A DNA stretch of 64,000 nucleotides from positions 512,001 through 576,000 of the forward strand of contig CAYLJV010000001.1 in assembly GCA_964384105.1 (NCBI GenBank), written 5' to 3'. This document shows positions 38,245 to 47,672 of this stretch, one piece after another; the first letter of the stretch is position 1, and each line of letters starts with the position of its first letter. Position numbers and translations under genes: made by a program. Origin of the DNA: Candidatus Hadarchaeota archaeon (GTDB taxonomy: Archaea; Hadarchaeota; Hadarchaeia; Hadarchaeales; JAGGTB01). The notes under the pieces are model-generated. The model did no database searches. It saw only the letters and a program-made list of their open reading frames with translations, and was not told the origin of the DNA.

Positions 38245-39603
38245 CTAGCCTATATTTTTTGGCATATTTTTAAAGAATTTCCGTAATGCTCCTTTTTTTG
38301 GTGTGTGGCCCTTTGACAAGGATTTCATCATTTTTTTCATTTTTTTATACTGGCTTAGAAGTTCTTTAACTTCCTCTTTCGAGGTGTTTGATCCTTTCGC
38401 GATTCTTTCTATTCGGGAGTCCTTCAAAATTTTTGGTTTTTCGAGTTCTTCTTCAGTCATAGATTGCATTATAAGTTTAAATTTGTCCAACTTTTCTTTT
38501 CCTACTTTCATCTCCTCTTCTGGTATGGACATTCCGACTCCTGGAATCATCTGCAATATTTTTTCCAAGGATCCCATTTGGCTAACTTGTTCAAGCTGTT
38601 CGTAAAAATCCTTTAACGTTATCTTCCCTTGCATGATTTTTTGTATTTTTTCTGGTTCGAGATCTTCTTTTTTGGTGGTCTCCTGTATCTTTTCCAATAG
38701 AGTCTCTATGTCTCCCATTCCTAGGAGCCTTGAAACAAATCTTTCGGGTTTGAATGGTTCGATATCTGCTATTTTTTCTCCAGTGCCGATGAAATTGATT
38801 GGTGCACCTGTGGCGGCTACAGCCGATAGTGCACCCCCTCCTTTCGCAGTCCCATCGAGCTTAGTAACAAGTATGGATCCTATGTTAGTGGTTTCTTTAA
38901 ACGCCGAAGCTTGGCTTTCTGCTTGTTGACCTAATGTCCCGTCTATAACTAGTATTACTTCGTTCGGATCTACTTCTTTGCTTATTTCCTTCATTTCCTC
39001 CATGAGTGTCTCTTCTTCTCTATGGCGTCCCGCTGTGTCGATTAAGATAAGGTCCTTTGAGTCTTCTTCGAAGTGTTCGACTCCTTCTTTTGCGGCTTTT
39101 ACTGCATCTTTTTTGTCGGGATTACCGTATACTGGTACATCTATTTCTTCACCTAATTGTTTCAATTGTTCGTAGGCTCCTGGTCTGTAAGTATCTGACC
39201 AAACCAAGCCGGGTTTATAACCTCTCTTTTTATAGTAAGCAGCAAGTTTTGCACATGATGTGGTTTTTCCGCTACCTTGAAGTCCTATCATGAGTACTTT
39301 CGTGGGTTCTTCCTTCTCTAAATCAAGTTTTGTGCTCTTACCAAGAAAACTTGAAATTTCCTCATAGACTATCGTTACTATGTGCTCTTTTTTGGAGACA
39401 CCCGGAGGTAATTCTTCCTCTAGTGCTCTTTTTTCAATCCTTTTTGTGAGGTCTAGAACAAGTTGCACGTTGACATCTGATTGAAGCAACGCTTTTTGTA
39501 TTTCCTTAACTAGATTTTTCACTGCTTTTTTGTCCACTTGTCCGGATTTTGTTATATTTTGTAAGGCGGAGTGAAGTGATTTTCCTAGTTTTTCCAAAAC
39601 CAT
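38245..39603 (-). CDS. srp54: Signal recognition particle protein SRP54
   Basis: GLQGSGKTT, DTYRPGA, DTAGRH, TKLDGTAKGGGA, Met-rich M domain. Confidence 0.97.
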   Translation of the reverse strand: MVLEKLGKSLHSALQNITKSGQVDKKAVKNLVKEIQKALLQSDVNVQLVLDLTKRIEKRALEEELPPGVSKKEHIVTIVYEEISSFLGKSTKLDLEKEEPTKVLMIGLQGSGKTTSCAKLAAYYKKRGYKPGLVWSDTYRPGAYEQLKQLGEEIDVPVYGNPDKKDAVKAAKEGVEHFEEDSKDLILIDTAGRHREEETLMEEMKEISKEVDPNEVILVIDGTLGQQAESQASAFKETTNIGSILVTKLDGTAKGGGALSAVAATGAPINFIGTGEKIADIEPFKPERFVSRLLGMGDIETLLEKIQETTKKEDLEPEKIQKIMQGKITLKDFYEQLEQVSQMGSLEKILQMIPGVGMSIPEEEMKVGKEKLDKFKLIMQSMTEEELEKPKILKDSRIERIAKGSNTSKEEVKELLSQYKKMKKMMKSLSKGHTPKKGALRKFFKNMPKNIG

Positions 39604-39688
39604 TGTTCTTCCCTTTACTTTGATATCTTTTATTTCTAAAAGCTAAGGAATTGAATTACGCTTTTTGCTAATATTGAACTGAAACTTC

Positions 39689-40543
39689 TTAAATTTCCTT
39701 TTTTCTAGTGAACGACTCAGGCATATTTTTGAACCACAGGTCTCTTTGTGGGAAGGGGATTGTTATCTCCTCTTCTGCAAATATTCTATCTATCTCGAAG
39801 TTTATTTCGCTCTTTGTTATTTTTCTATACTTTGGTGATTTTACCCAACATTTAAGTTCGAATTTTAGAGCTGAATCTCCAAATTCCGAGAAGAAGACCA
39901 CTGGTTCGGGAGTTTTTAATACATTTTTGTTTTTATCCGCAATATCTAATAGGATATCTTTAACTTTTTTAACATCACTTCCGTATTTAACCCCAATAGG
40001 AATTTCAATTCGGATTTTCGTGTCTTTATATGAGTAGTTTATGAAATCGTTTTCAACGAAGTTTCTATTTGGGATGATTACGTGTAGGTTATCAAAGGTT
40101 CTCATTGTGGATGCTCTGACTCCAGAGTCAATGATTTTTCCATATCTACTATTAATCTCAATCCAATCTCCTACTTGAACTGTTCGTTCTCCCATTAGGA
40201 TTAGCCCGGAAATAAAATTGGCTATGATGGGCTGGAGACCGAATCCTATTATAATACCAGCGATACCCGCTACTGCAATAAGCGCAGTGAGAGTTATTCC
40301 GAGTACGTTAAAAGCGGTCCAGACACCTATAAAAACTACCAAATAATGGATAATCCTCAGGACGGATACTCTGGCTTCTTTTTTGACTCCTTTTCTACCT
40401 AAAACAGAATCTAATGTCCTTACGATTACAAATTTTGAAAAAAGATAGGAAAATATGAGGACTAGTGCAAAGGTAATGAGTTTTAATAAGGTTACTTTGG
40501 TTCCTGCGATTGTAAATAACTCTATTGATAGAATATCTATCAT
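39689..40543 (-). CDS. mscS: Small-conductance mechanosensitive channel
   Basis: GIIIGFGLQ..IANFISG, VGDWIE, IIPN, FSEFGDSAL, IPFPQRD. Confidence 0.92.
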   Translation of the reverse strand: MIDILSIELFTIAGTKVTLLKLITFALVLIFSYLFSKFVIVRTLDSVLGRKGVKKEARVSVLRIIHYLVVFIGVWTAFNVLGITLTALIAVAGIAGIIIGFGLQPIIANFISGLILMGERTVQVGDWIEINSRYGKIIDSGVRASTMRTFDNLHVIIPNRNFVENDFINYSYKDTKIRIEIPIGVKYGSDVKKVKDILLDIADKNKNVLKTPEPVVFFSEFGDSALKFELKCWVKSPKYRKITKSEINFEIDRIFAEEEITIPFPQRDLWFKNMPESFTRKKEI

Positions 40544-40684
40544 TATTCTGTAACCTTTACCCTTCAGTGTATTTTATTTTTGTTGGAATATAGATAAATT
40601 TTACAGTTTTCTTCAAAATCTTAAGACTATCGCGTTAGTTAGATATTAACAAGAAGAATTTGGATAGATAAATCGAGGAAAATT

Positions 40685-42373
40685 ATGAAAAATAAGGAGA
40701 TTGCGAAGATTCTCTACGAAATCGCTGATTTTCTTGAGATGAAAGATGTGGATTTTAAGCCAAGAGCTTATCGAAAAGCAGCAAGGAATATAGAAGCCCT
40801 GACTGAGGATATCGAGAGTATACATGAGAGAGGTGAGCTTGAGGATATCAGTGGTGTTGGTGAGTCGATAGCTAAAAAGATCGTGGAGTATTTGGATACT
40901 GGTAAGTTGGGATATTATGAAGAGCTTAAAGCAGATCTCCCTGTTGATATAGAGGCTCTTACTAACGTCGAAGGTTTGGGACCTAAGAGAGTCAAAAAAC
41001 TCCATAAGGAGTTAGGAATCGAATCTCTGGAGGGTCTGGAAAGAACTGCAATGAAAGGTAAAATTGCAGATGTGGAGGGCTTTGGCGAGAAAATCCAAGA
41101 AAATATTCTCAGAAATATAGAGGCTGCAAAAAAGGGGAGAGAAAGACAGTTAATTGGGAGGATTTTCCCAGTAGTTCAGGATTTGGAAAACAAATTATTG
41201 AATAAAGATACTTTTGATGATTTAGTGATTGTTGGTTCTTATCGTAGGAAGAAAGCAACTGTAGGTGATATCGACATCCTAGGGAGTTCTCAAGAGCCGA
41301 AGAGGGCTATGGATGATTTTTGTGAATTGGAGGATGTGAAAGAAATTTTGGTCAAAGGAAAAACCAAATCTTCGATTATTCTTTCTGAAGACCTGCAGGT
41401 GGACCTTCGAATTGTTAATAAGGATTCCCTTGGATCGGCGCTCATGTATTTTACGGGGTCTAAGGATCATAACGTTGCTTTGAGAAATAAAGTGAAACGA
41501 AAAAATTGGAAATTGAATGAGTATGGTCTGTTCGATGAAGATGATAAAAAATTGGCGAGCGAGACCGAGGAGGAGGTTTATAGAAGGATCGGTCTCGAGT
41601 TCATACCTCCTGAACTTAGGGAAAATACTGGGGAAATCGAAGCCGCAGAGGAGGGGAATTTGCCTGATTTGGTAAAAGTCGGGGATATTCGTGGGGACTT
41701 ACAAGTTCATTCTAATTACAGCGATGGGTCTAGTAGTTTAGAAGAAGTTGCTAAAAAAGCGGAAGAAACCGGTTTGAAGTATTTACTGATTTCTGATCAT
41801 GGACCTTCTTTGAAAGTGGCTGGTGGATTGGATAGAGAAGAGTTTGAACAACAGAAAAGAGAGATCGAGGAAATAAACGAGAAGATAGATGTAGAGATTT
41901 TGCATGGAATTGAAGCGAATATAGTTGATGGAGAATTGGATATTTCCTCCGATTGGTGTGAGGCGTGTGATATTCTTACGGTTGCTTTACATAATAGACC
42001 AGCTGATCCTACTCAAGAGATTTTGTCTGTTTTTGAGAACTACCCAGTTGACATTTTAGTTCATCCACTGGGGAGACAGATTTACAAGAGAGAACCCATT
42101 GATTTGGATCTGGATCGAATAGTGGAGAAGGCCCTGAAAGAGCACATTGCGATTGAGATAAATGCTCAGCCTGAGAGATTGGATTTGGACTGGCGGAACG
42201 TAAAGAAATATAGAAATAAGGTGAAGTTTGTTATCTCTACTGATGCCCATTCTACAACGGAGATGGATTTCATTCGTTTGGGAGTTTCCCAGGCGAGGAG
42301 AGGTTGGTGTGAAAGCAGAAATATACTTAATACTCGGCCCATAGAAGACGTGAGGTCGTATCTACATGGTTGA
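40685..42373 (+). CDS. polX: Family X DNA polymerase with C-terminal PHP domain
   Basis: AYRKAA, VGSYRR, GDIDIL, QVDLR, YFTGSK.HN, LNEYG, PPELRE, SDH, TDAH. Confidence 0.95.
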   Translation: MKNKEIAKILYEIADFLEMKDVDFKPRAYRKAARNIEALTEDIESIHERGELEDISGVGESIAKKIVEYLDTGKLGYYEELKADLPVDIEALTNVEGLGPKRVKKLHKELGIESLEGLERTAMKGKIADVEGFGEKIQENILRNIEAAKKGRERQLIGRIFPVVQDLENKLLNKDTFDDLVIVGSYRRKKATVGDIDILGSSQEPKRAMDDFCELEDVKEILVKGKTKSSIILSEDLQVDLRIVNKDSLGSALMYFTGSKDHNVALRNKVKRKNWKLNEYGLFDEDDKKLASETEEEVYRRIGLEFIPPELRENTGEIEAAEEGNLPDLVKVGDIRGDLQVHSNYSDGSSSLEEVAKKAEETGLKYLLISDHGPSLKVAGGLDREEFEQQKREIEEINEKIDVEILHGIEANIVDGELDISSDWCEACDILTVALHNRPADPTQEILSVFENYPVDILVHPLGRQIYKREPIDLDLDRIVEKALKEHIAIEINAQPERLDLDWRNVKKYRNKVKFVISTDAHSTTEMDFIRLGVSQARRGWCESRNILNTRPIEDVRSYLHG

Positions 42374-44405
42374 AGAGCCAAAGGATAATCCATACGTACG
42401 AACTCCGAGCTTGAATTTCAAAGATATCAGTGAGATGGATAGGGCGGAGGCAAAAGGTGAGATTGAGAATTTGAGAGAAGCAATAAATTATCATGATTAT
42501 AGGTACTATGTCAAAAGCGATCCAATCATTTCTGACAGAACTTACGATTTGCTTTTTAATAGACTTGATGAATTAGAAAAAGAATTTGACTTTTTCGATG
42601 AGAACTCCCCAACTCAAAGAGTTGGTGGAGAGCCTTTGGACTCTTTTGAGACGAAGGAACATGTTTCCGAAATGCTTAGTCTAGACTCATCTGAAGACGA
42701 AGAAGAAGTTCGTAGATTCGACGAGAGGGTCAGGAGGGAGATAGGGAATGTTCAATATACTGCTGAGCCTAAGTTTGATGGATTTTCGGTTGAGATAGTT
42801 TATATTGATGGTGAGTTTGATAGGGCCGTTACTCGAGGGAATGGTTTAAGAGGTGACGATGTTTCTAAGAATGTTAAAACTATCAGAGCTGTCCCTTTAA
42901 GGCTGGATGGGGCTCCCGAACTGCTTTCCATTAGAGGTGAAATTTTCATGTCAAAGCCTGGTTTTCAGGAGTTGAACGAGGAGAGAGTCAAGAAAGGCGA
43001 GTCACCCTTCGCAAATCCTAGAAATGCTGCAGCTGGAACCATCAGACAGCTAGACTCGAGTGTTGTTGCCGAGAGACCTCTTGACATTTTTTTCTACGAT
43101 ATACTGGATACCAGTAAGGAGATAAGAACTCAAAGTGAAGCATTCGAATTTATGAAATCCCTCGGTCTAAAGGTGAACGAACTCAATGAACTCCTTGATG
43201 ATATAGATGCTTTTATCGACTATAGACAGAATATGCTGGAGATGAGGGATGAGTTCGAATATGATATTGATGGGGTGATAGCTAAGGTCAATAATATTGA
43301 GAGAAGGGAAAGGATGGGAAAAACAGCTAGACACCCTCGGTGGGCCTTTGCATACAAGTTTCCGGCTAAGACCGAGGAGACCAAAGTGGAGAAGATAGTA
43401 GTACAAGTGGGGAGGACGGGTAAATTAACTCCTGTGGCTTTATTGGATCCGGTAGATGTAAAGGGGGTTACGGTCAGTCGTGCAACTCTTCATAATGAAC
43501 AAATCGCTAGAGACTTGGGGATTACAGAAGGTGCGAGAGTTAAGGTAGAACGGGCGGGAGATGTAATTCCAGAGATCGAGGAGGTAATTGAATCGAAGGG
43601 GGAGCGTTTTAGCATGCCTAGTGCTTGTCCCGTCTGTGAGAGCAAAGTGGTTAAGGAGGGTAAATATCATTTTTGTACGGGCGGACTTTCCTGTGAGGCT
43701 CAGCTTGTCAGGTCTTTGGAGCATTTTTGTTCAAAATCGGCTATGGATATAGAAGGGGTGGGGGGTAAAATTGCGAGAAAACTAGTTCAGGTGGGGCTGA
43801 TTATGTCTGTTGCGGACTTATATTCTCTAAAAAAGGAGGATTTGGTTGATTTAGAAAAGTTCGCGGATAAATCTGCAGAGAATCTTCTTCGGGAGATAGA
43901 AGAGAGCAAAGAAGTTGACCTTGCGAGTTTTATATATGCTCTGGGAATTCGTCATGTTGGCAAAGAGAGGGCTAGGATTTTAGCGAATAATTTCACTTTA
44001 GAGGAGTTAGAAAATGCTAGCAGAGAGGAACTAGAAAATATTGAGGATATTGGTCCTGAAGTCTCCGCCAGTATTTATTCCTTTTTTAAAAGCGAGAAAA
44101 ATTTGGAGACCTTGAATAGATTAAAGAAGGCTATTAAGGAGCCGAAGAAACTAACGGAAGGCGAAGAGTTCGAAGGTTTGAAGTTCGTATTTACTGGGTC
44201 TGTGGAGGGATATACCCGGAGTGAGCTCAAGGACTTGATGGAGAGATCCGGAGCGAGGGTTACCTCTTCGGTCAGTGGAGAAACCGATTATTTAGTGAAG
44301 GGAGAGAATCCTGGGAGGAATAAACTAGAAGAGGCGAAAAAGTTAGGGACGGAGATTTTGGACTCAGAAGAATTTAAAGAAAGATTTCTTGATAAGATAG
44401 TTTGA
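42366..44405 (+). CDS. ligA: NAD+-dependent DNA ligase (LigN/LigA)
   Basis: EPKFDG, TRGNG, FANPRNAAAG, QVGRTG, ATLHN, RAGDVIP, Zn finger, HhH, BRCT. Confidence 0.96.
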   Translation: MVEEPKDNPYVRTPSLNFKDISEMDRAEAKGEIENLREAINYHDYRYYVKSDPIISDRTYDLLFNRLDELEKEFDFFDENSPTQRVGGEPLDSFETKEHVSEMLSLDSSEDEEEVRRFDERVRREIGNVQYTAEPKFDGFSVEIVYIDGEFDRAVTRGNGLRGDDVSKNVKTIRAVPLRLDGAPELLSIRGEIFMSKPGFQELNEERVKKGESPFANPRNAAAGTIRQLDSSVVAERPLDIFFYDILDTSKEIRTQSEAFEFMKSLGLKVNELNELLDDIDAFIDYRQNMLEMRDEFEYDIDGVIAKVNNIERRERMGKTARHPRWAFAYKFPAKTEETKVEKIVVQVGRTGKLTPVALLDPVDVKGVTVSRATLHNEQIARDLGITEGARVKVERAGDVIPEIEEVIESKGERFSMPSACPVCESKVVKEGKYHFCTGGLSCEAQLVRSLEHFCSKSAMDIEGVGGKIARKLVQVGLIMSVADLYSLKKEDLVDLEKFADKSAENLLREIEESKEVDLASFIYALGIRHVGKERARILANNFTLEELENASREELENIEDIGPEVSASIYSFFKSEKNLETLNRLKKAIKEPKKLTEGEEFEGLKFVFTGSVEGYTRSELKDLMERSGARVTSSVSGETDYLVKGENPGRNKLEEAKKLGTEILDSEEFKERFLDKIV

Positions 44406-44461
44406 ATATTCAAAAAAGGTACTCGTATGATTTCCTGGTTCTATGTTTATCGGTGATATAA

Positions 44462-45244
44462 TTGCAAAATTTGCTTGCCAATTGGGATGAGTATAAGGGT
44501 CTATTTTTAGATCCTATCTTTTTAATATCGGACTATGACGGTACATTGACTCCAATTGTGAGTCGGCCTGGGGATGCTGAGCTTTCTAAAGATATGAAAG
44601 AATTGCTAGGTAAAATGGCCAGAGTGTGTCCAGTTGCTATTGTGAGTGGGCGATCTCTTGATGATCTAAAGGCTAGGGTGGGTCTTGAAAATCTTTATTA
44701 CTCCGGTAACCATGGACTGGAGATTACTGGGCCTGGAATTGAATTTACAAAAGAAGAAGCAAAAGAATCGAGGGCGGTTATTGAGGAAATCTGCGAGAAG
44801 ATTATGGAAAAAGGTGGATCTATAGAGGGGATCTTGGTAGAAAACAAGGGTCTCACAGCGAGTGTCCACTATAGGCTCGTTGGAAAAAAGGATCTTCCAC
44901 GTTTAAAGCGCATAGTTGAGAAGGAAATTTCACCTTATAAAAGAGAGGGGTTGTTGGAAATTAATCATGGTAAAAAGGTAATTGAGATCAGACCTGATAT
45001 AAAATGGAACAAGGGAAATGCAGTTTCGCTATTGTTAAATGTTGTAAGCTTGGATCACGATACTTTTCCAGTTTATTTAGGGGACGATACCACAGATGAA
45101 GATGTTTTTTCTTATCTAGAGGACCAAGGAGTTAGCATCCTAATTTCAGAGGAAGATAAAGAATCTTCTGCTGGTTTTAGATTAAACAGTGTTGACGAGG
45201 TCGGGGAGTTTTTAAGCAGATTGCATGATGTTCTGGATTTGTAA
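44462..45244 (+). CDS. otsB: Trehalose-6-phosphate phosphatase (HAD)
   Basis: DYDGTLTPIV..P, VSGR, GNHGLE, SVHYR, EIRP...NKG, YLGDDTTDED. Confidence 0.92.
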   Translation: MQNLLANWDEYKGLFLDPIFLISDYDGTLTPIVSRPGDAELSKDMKELLGKMARVCPVAIVSGRSLDDLKARVGLENLYYSGNHGLEITGPGIEFTKEEAKESRAVIEEICEKIMEKGGSIEGILVENKGLTASVHYRLVGKKDLPRLKRIVEKEISPYKREGLLEINHGKKVIEIRPDIKWNKGNAVSLLLNVVSLDHDTFPVYLGDDTTDEDVFSYLEDQGVSILISEEDKESSAGFRLNSVDEVGEFLSRLHDVLDL

Positions 45245-45310
45245 ATATTTCTTGTGAAAAAGGGTGATATTAGGTAAATCTTAAGTATACTTTTAAGATA
45301 GCCTAATTCG

Positions 45311-46612
45311 ATGTATTCGAAATATATACGCGATCCAGTTTTTGGTTATATTGGCTTGACCGAAGTAGAAAAGAACATAGTGGATACTTTCCCAGTCCAG
45401 AGGTTGAGAGGCATAAAGCAGCTTTCAGTTTCTAATATAGCTTATCCTGGAGGGGATCATAGTCGTTTTTCCCATATTTTGGGTACCATGCACTTGGCAG
45501 GCGAAATCGCAGAGAGTTTAGGCAGTAGAGTGGAGATATCTAAGGAAGATTTGCAGCTAGTTAGGCTGGGGGGATTACTTCATGATATTGGACATGGTCC
45601 TTTTTCTCATTCTTACGAAGAGATTTTGTCAAAGCATAGGAACATGACTCACGAGGACTTGGGTGCAAGAATCCTAAAGGAGAGTTCGCTCGCGGATGAA
45701 ATCAAGGCTCAAGGGTTTGAGCCAGATGAAATCGCAGAATTGGATTTTGGCGAGCCTGAAAGGGAGAGATACTTCAAGCAGATTATAACGAGTCAATTCG
45801 ATGCAGACAAGATGGATTTCTTACTCCGGGATTCTTACTTTACTGGAGTAGAGTATGGTAGAATAGACGTTCATAGGCTTATCCAAGCTATGGATGTTAT
45901 TGAGGGCGATATCGCAATAGACAAAAAAGCCATAGCTGCTCTTGAAACTTTTATGATCGCGCGTTACGAAATGTTTCTGACGGTTTATTATCATCATTCT
46001 GTCAGGGCTGCGGAGATAATGCTCAGAAAAGCGATGGATCATGCCCATGAAATTCTGGGTTTGACGACGTTTGATAGTGCCGAAGAGTTTCTTCAGTTAG
46101 ATGACGCCTACGTAGCGAGTGAACTTAAAAAATTGGATCCATCTGAATATAGAGGAGAAGATAGAGAAGAAGCGGAAAAAGCCAAGCAGCTTTTTCAGAA
46201 ACTTAGCAGACGGGATTTGTTGAAATCCGCCTTTGAAAGGACTATTTTTTTGCAGGATGAGTATGTGGCGAGACTCCTGAGCGATGAGTCAATTCGAGAG
46301 AGAAAGGAGTTAGAGATTGCCGAAAAAGCTGGAGTTGATCCTGAGTTAGTGATTGTTGATGTACCGACTCTTACATCCATGCCTTATTATCCCAGAGAGA
46401 TAGACCCTGTGGAGGTACCAATTTTCGAGACTACTCTCGAGGGTGAAAAGAAGTTAGTGCCCCTTTCTGGATATTCTAAGTTTGTTAATGTTCTGAAAGG
46501 ATACGTGGATATAATAAGAGTCTTTACTTCAAAGGAACACAGGAAATCTGTAGGGCAAGCCGCTGAGGAAGTATTTGAAGAACTACCTCTCTCGGCTAAA
46601 ATTAGTATGTGA
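45311..46612 (+). CDS. HD-domain dNTP triphosphohydrolase (SAMHD1-like)
   Basis: QRLRGIKQL, HSRFSH, LLHDIGHGPFSH, DADKMDFLLRD, VYYHH. Confidence 0.88.
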   Translation: MYSKYIRDPVFGYIGLTEVEKNIVDTFPVQRLRGIKQLSVSNIAYPGGDHSRFSHILGTMHLAGEIAESLGSRVEISKEDLQLVRLGGLLHDIGHGPFSHSYEEILSKHRNMTHEDLGARILKESSLADEIKAQGFEPDEIAELDFGEPERERYFKQIITSQFDADKMDFLLRDSYFTGVEYGRIDVHRLIQAMDVIEGDIAIDKKAIAALETFMIARYEMFLTVYYHHSVRAAEIMLRKAMDHAHEILGLTTFDSAEEFLQLDDAYVASELKKLDPSEYRGEDREEAEKAKQLFQKLSRRDLLKSAFERTIFLQDEYVARLLSDESIRERKELEIAEKAGVDPELVIVDVPTLTSMPYYPREIDPVEVPIFETTLEGEKKLVPLSGYSKFVNVLKGYVDIIRVFTSKEHRKSVGQAAEEVFEELPLSAKISM

Positions 46613-47210
46613 TGACTTTTTTTACTTCGTTTATTATTTTTTTGTGTACTTCTTTTTCTTTTAAGGTTCCATCTATCAAAGGCATTTTTTCTTCTTTTGC
46701 TAATTTTTGATAGGTTTTCCTTACCTTTTTTTGAAGGTCTAGATCGCTTTCGAAGACATCCGACTTTCCTTCAAAATTAGTCCTTTGGTAGCCGATCTCG
46801 ACTGGAATATCTATGAATATAGTTAGGTTAGGGTCTACGGCATATTTGTTGATTAGTTCGACCCATTTGCGAGGGAGTCCTCTTGAGGTTTGATATGCTA
46901 GAGAAGAGTGCAAGTATCTCTCGGTTACTACTATCTTTCCTTTTTCCAAGGCGGGCTTGATAACTTCCTGTATATGTTGGGCCCGATCACTGGCGAAGAG
47001 TAAGGCCTCCGCTTCCAACGATATATCGATCTTTCCGTTCAGAGAATCTCTGAGAGTTAGACCTATCTGATTATCAGTGGGTTCCTTAGTCATCTCGATT
47101 TCATATCCTTCCGATTTCAACCATTTGGAAAGTAACTTTGCTTGTGTGCTTTTTCCGCATCCGTCGGGTCCTTCAAGAGCTATTAGTAAACCTTTAGTAT
47201 TTTCTTTCAT
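46602..47210 (-). CDS. tmk: Thymidylate kinase
   Basis: EGPDGCGKST, KEPT, LLFASDRAQH, ERY.HSSLAYQ. Confidence 0.94.
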   Translation of the reverse strand: MKENTKGLLIALEGPDGCGKSTQAKLLSKWLKSEGYEIEMTKEPTDNQIGLTLRDSLNGKIDISLEAEALLFASDRAQHIQEVIKPALEKGKIVVTERYLHSSLAYQTSRGLPRKWVELINKYAVDPNLTIFIDIPVEIGYQRTNFEGKSDVFESDLDLQKKVRKTYQKLAKEEKMPLIDGTLKEKEVHKKIINEVKKVITY

Positions 47211-47276
47211 TTTTCAAAACAACCATTCTAACAATATATTAAGATCCGTAATTGTAAAAATACTGAAGTTTTTTAG

Positions 47277-47672
47277 TTACCTATTCACTTCTACGTTCCC
47301 ATTTCTTATAGTAACGAAATCTTCATTTTTTATGACTTCGATCGGATTCTTATTGAGTTTGTGAACTAGAGGAATGTCCGCGATGATCGCACCGGTTGCA
47401 ACTATCGGTTCCGTATTGACATTTATCATCGCAGCTGGTGCTTTATTGTTTAGAACAAGTTGGTAAATTACATAAGACCCTACTGTACTCCCCTTTCCGT
47501 GGGGAAATACGAGAATTTTATTTTTGAGTTTTTTTCCTTCTAATTCATGACCGGATTCTATGACCACCCCTGTTTCTGCATTCACTCCGCCTAGGAACGA
47601 AAGTGGGTCCTTTGTTACAAGCGCTTTTCCTTCAGCGCGTCCTTTTCTTACTGCTTCTCCTTTAAGCTTCAT
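47277..47672 (-). CDS. Phosphomevalonate dehydratase small subunit (AcnX swiveling domain, DUF126)
   Basis: LSFLGGVN..TG, FPHGKGSTVGSY. True start is ATG 47672 (ATGA overlap with the large subunit), not 47897. Confidence 0.88.
   Translation of the reverse strand: MKLKGEAVRKGRAEGKALVTKDPLSFLGGVNAETGVVIESGHELEGKKLKNKILVFPHGKGSTVGSYVIYQLVLNNKAPAAMINVNTEPIVATGAIIADIPLVHKLNKNPIEVIKNEDFVTIRNGNVEVNR

Noticed and set aside
41690-41730. PolX PHP motif reads QVH instead of HxH
   Set aside because: Partial degeneration of PHP ligands is common in archaeal and bacterial PolX proteins.
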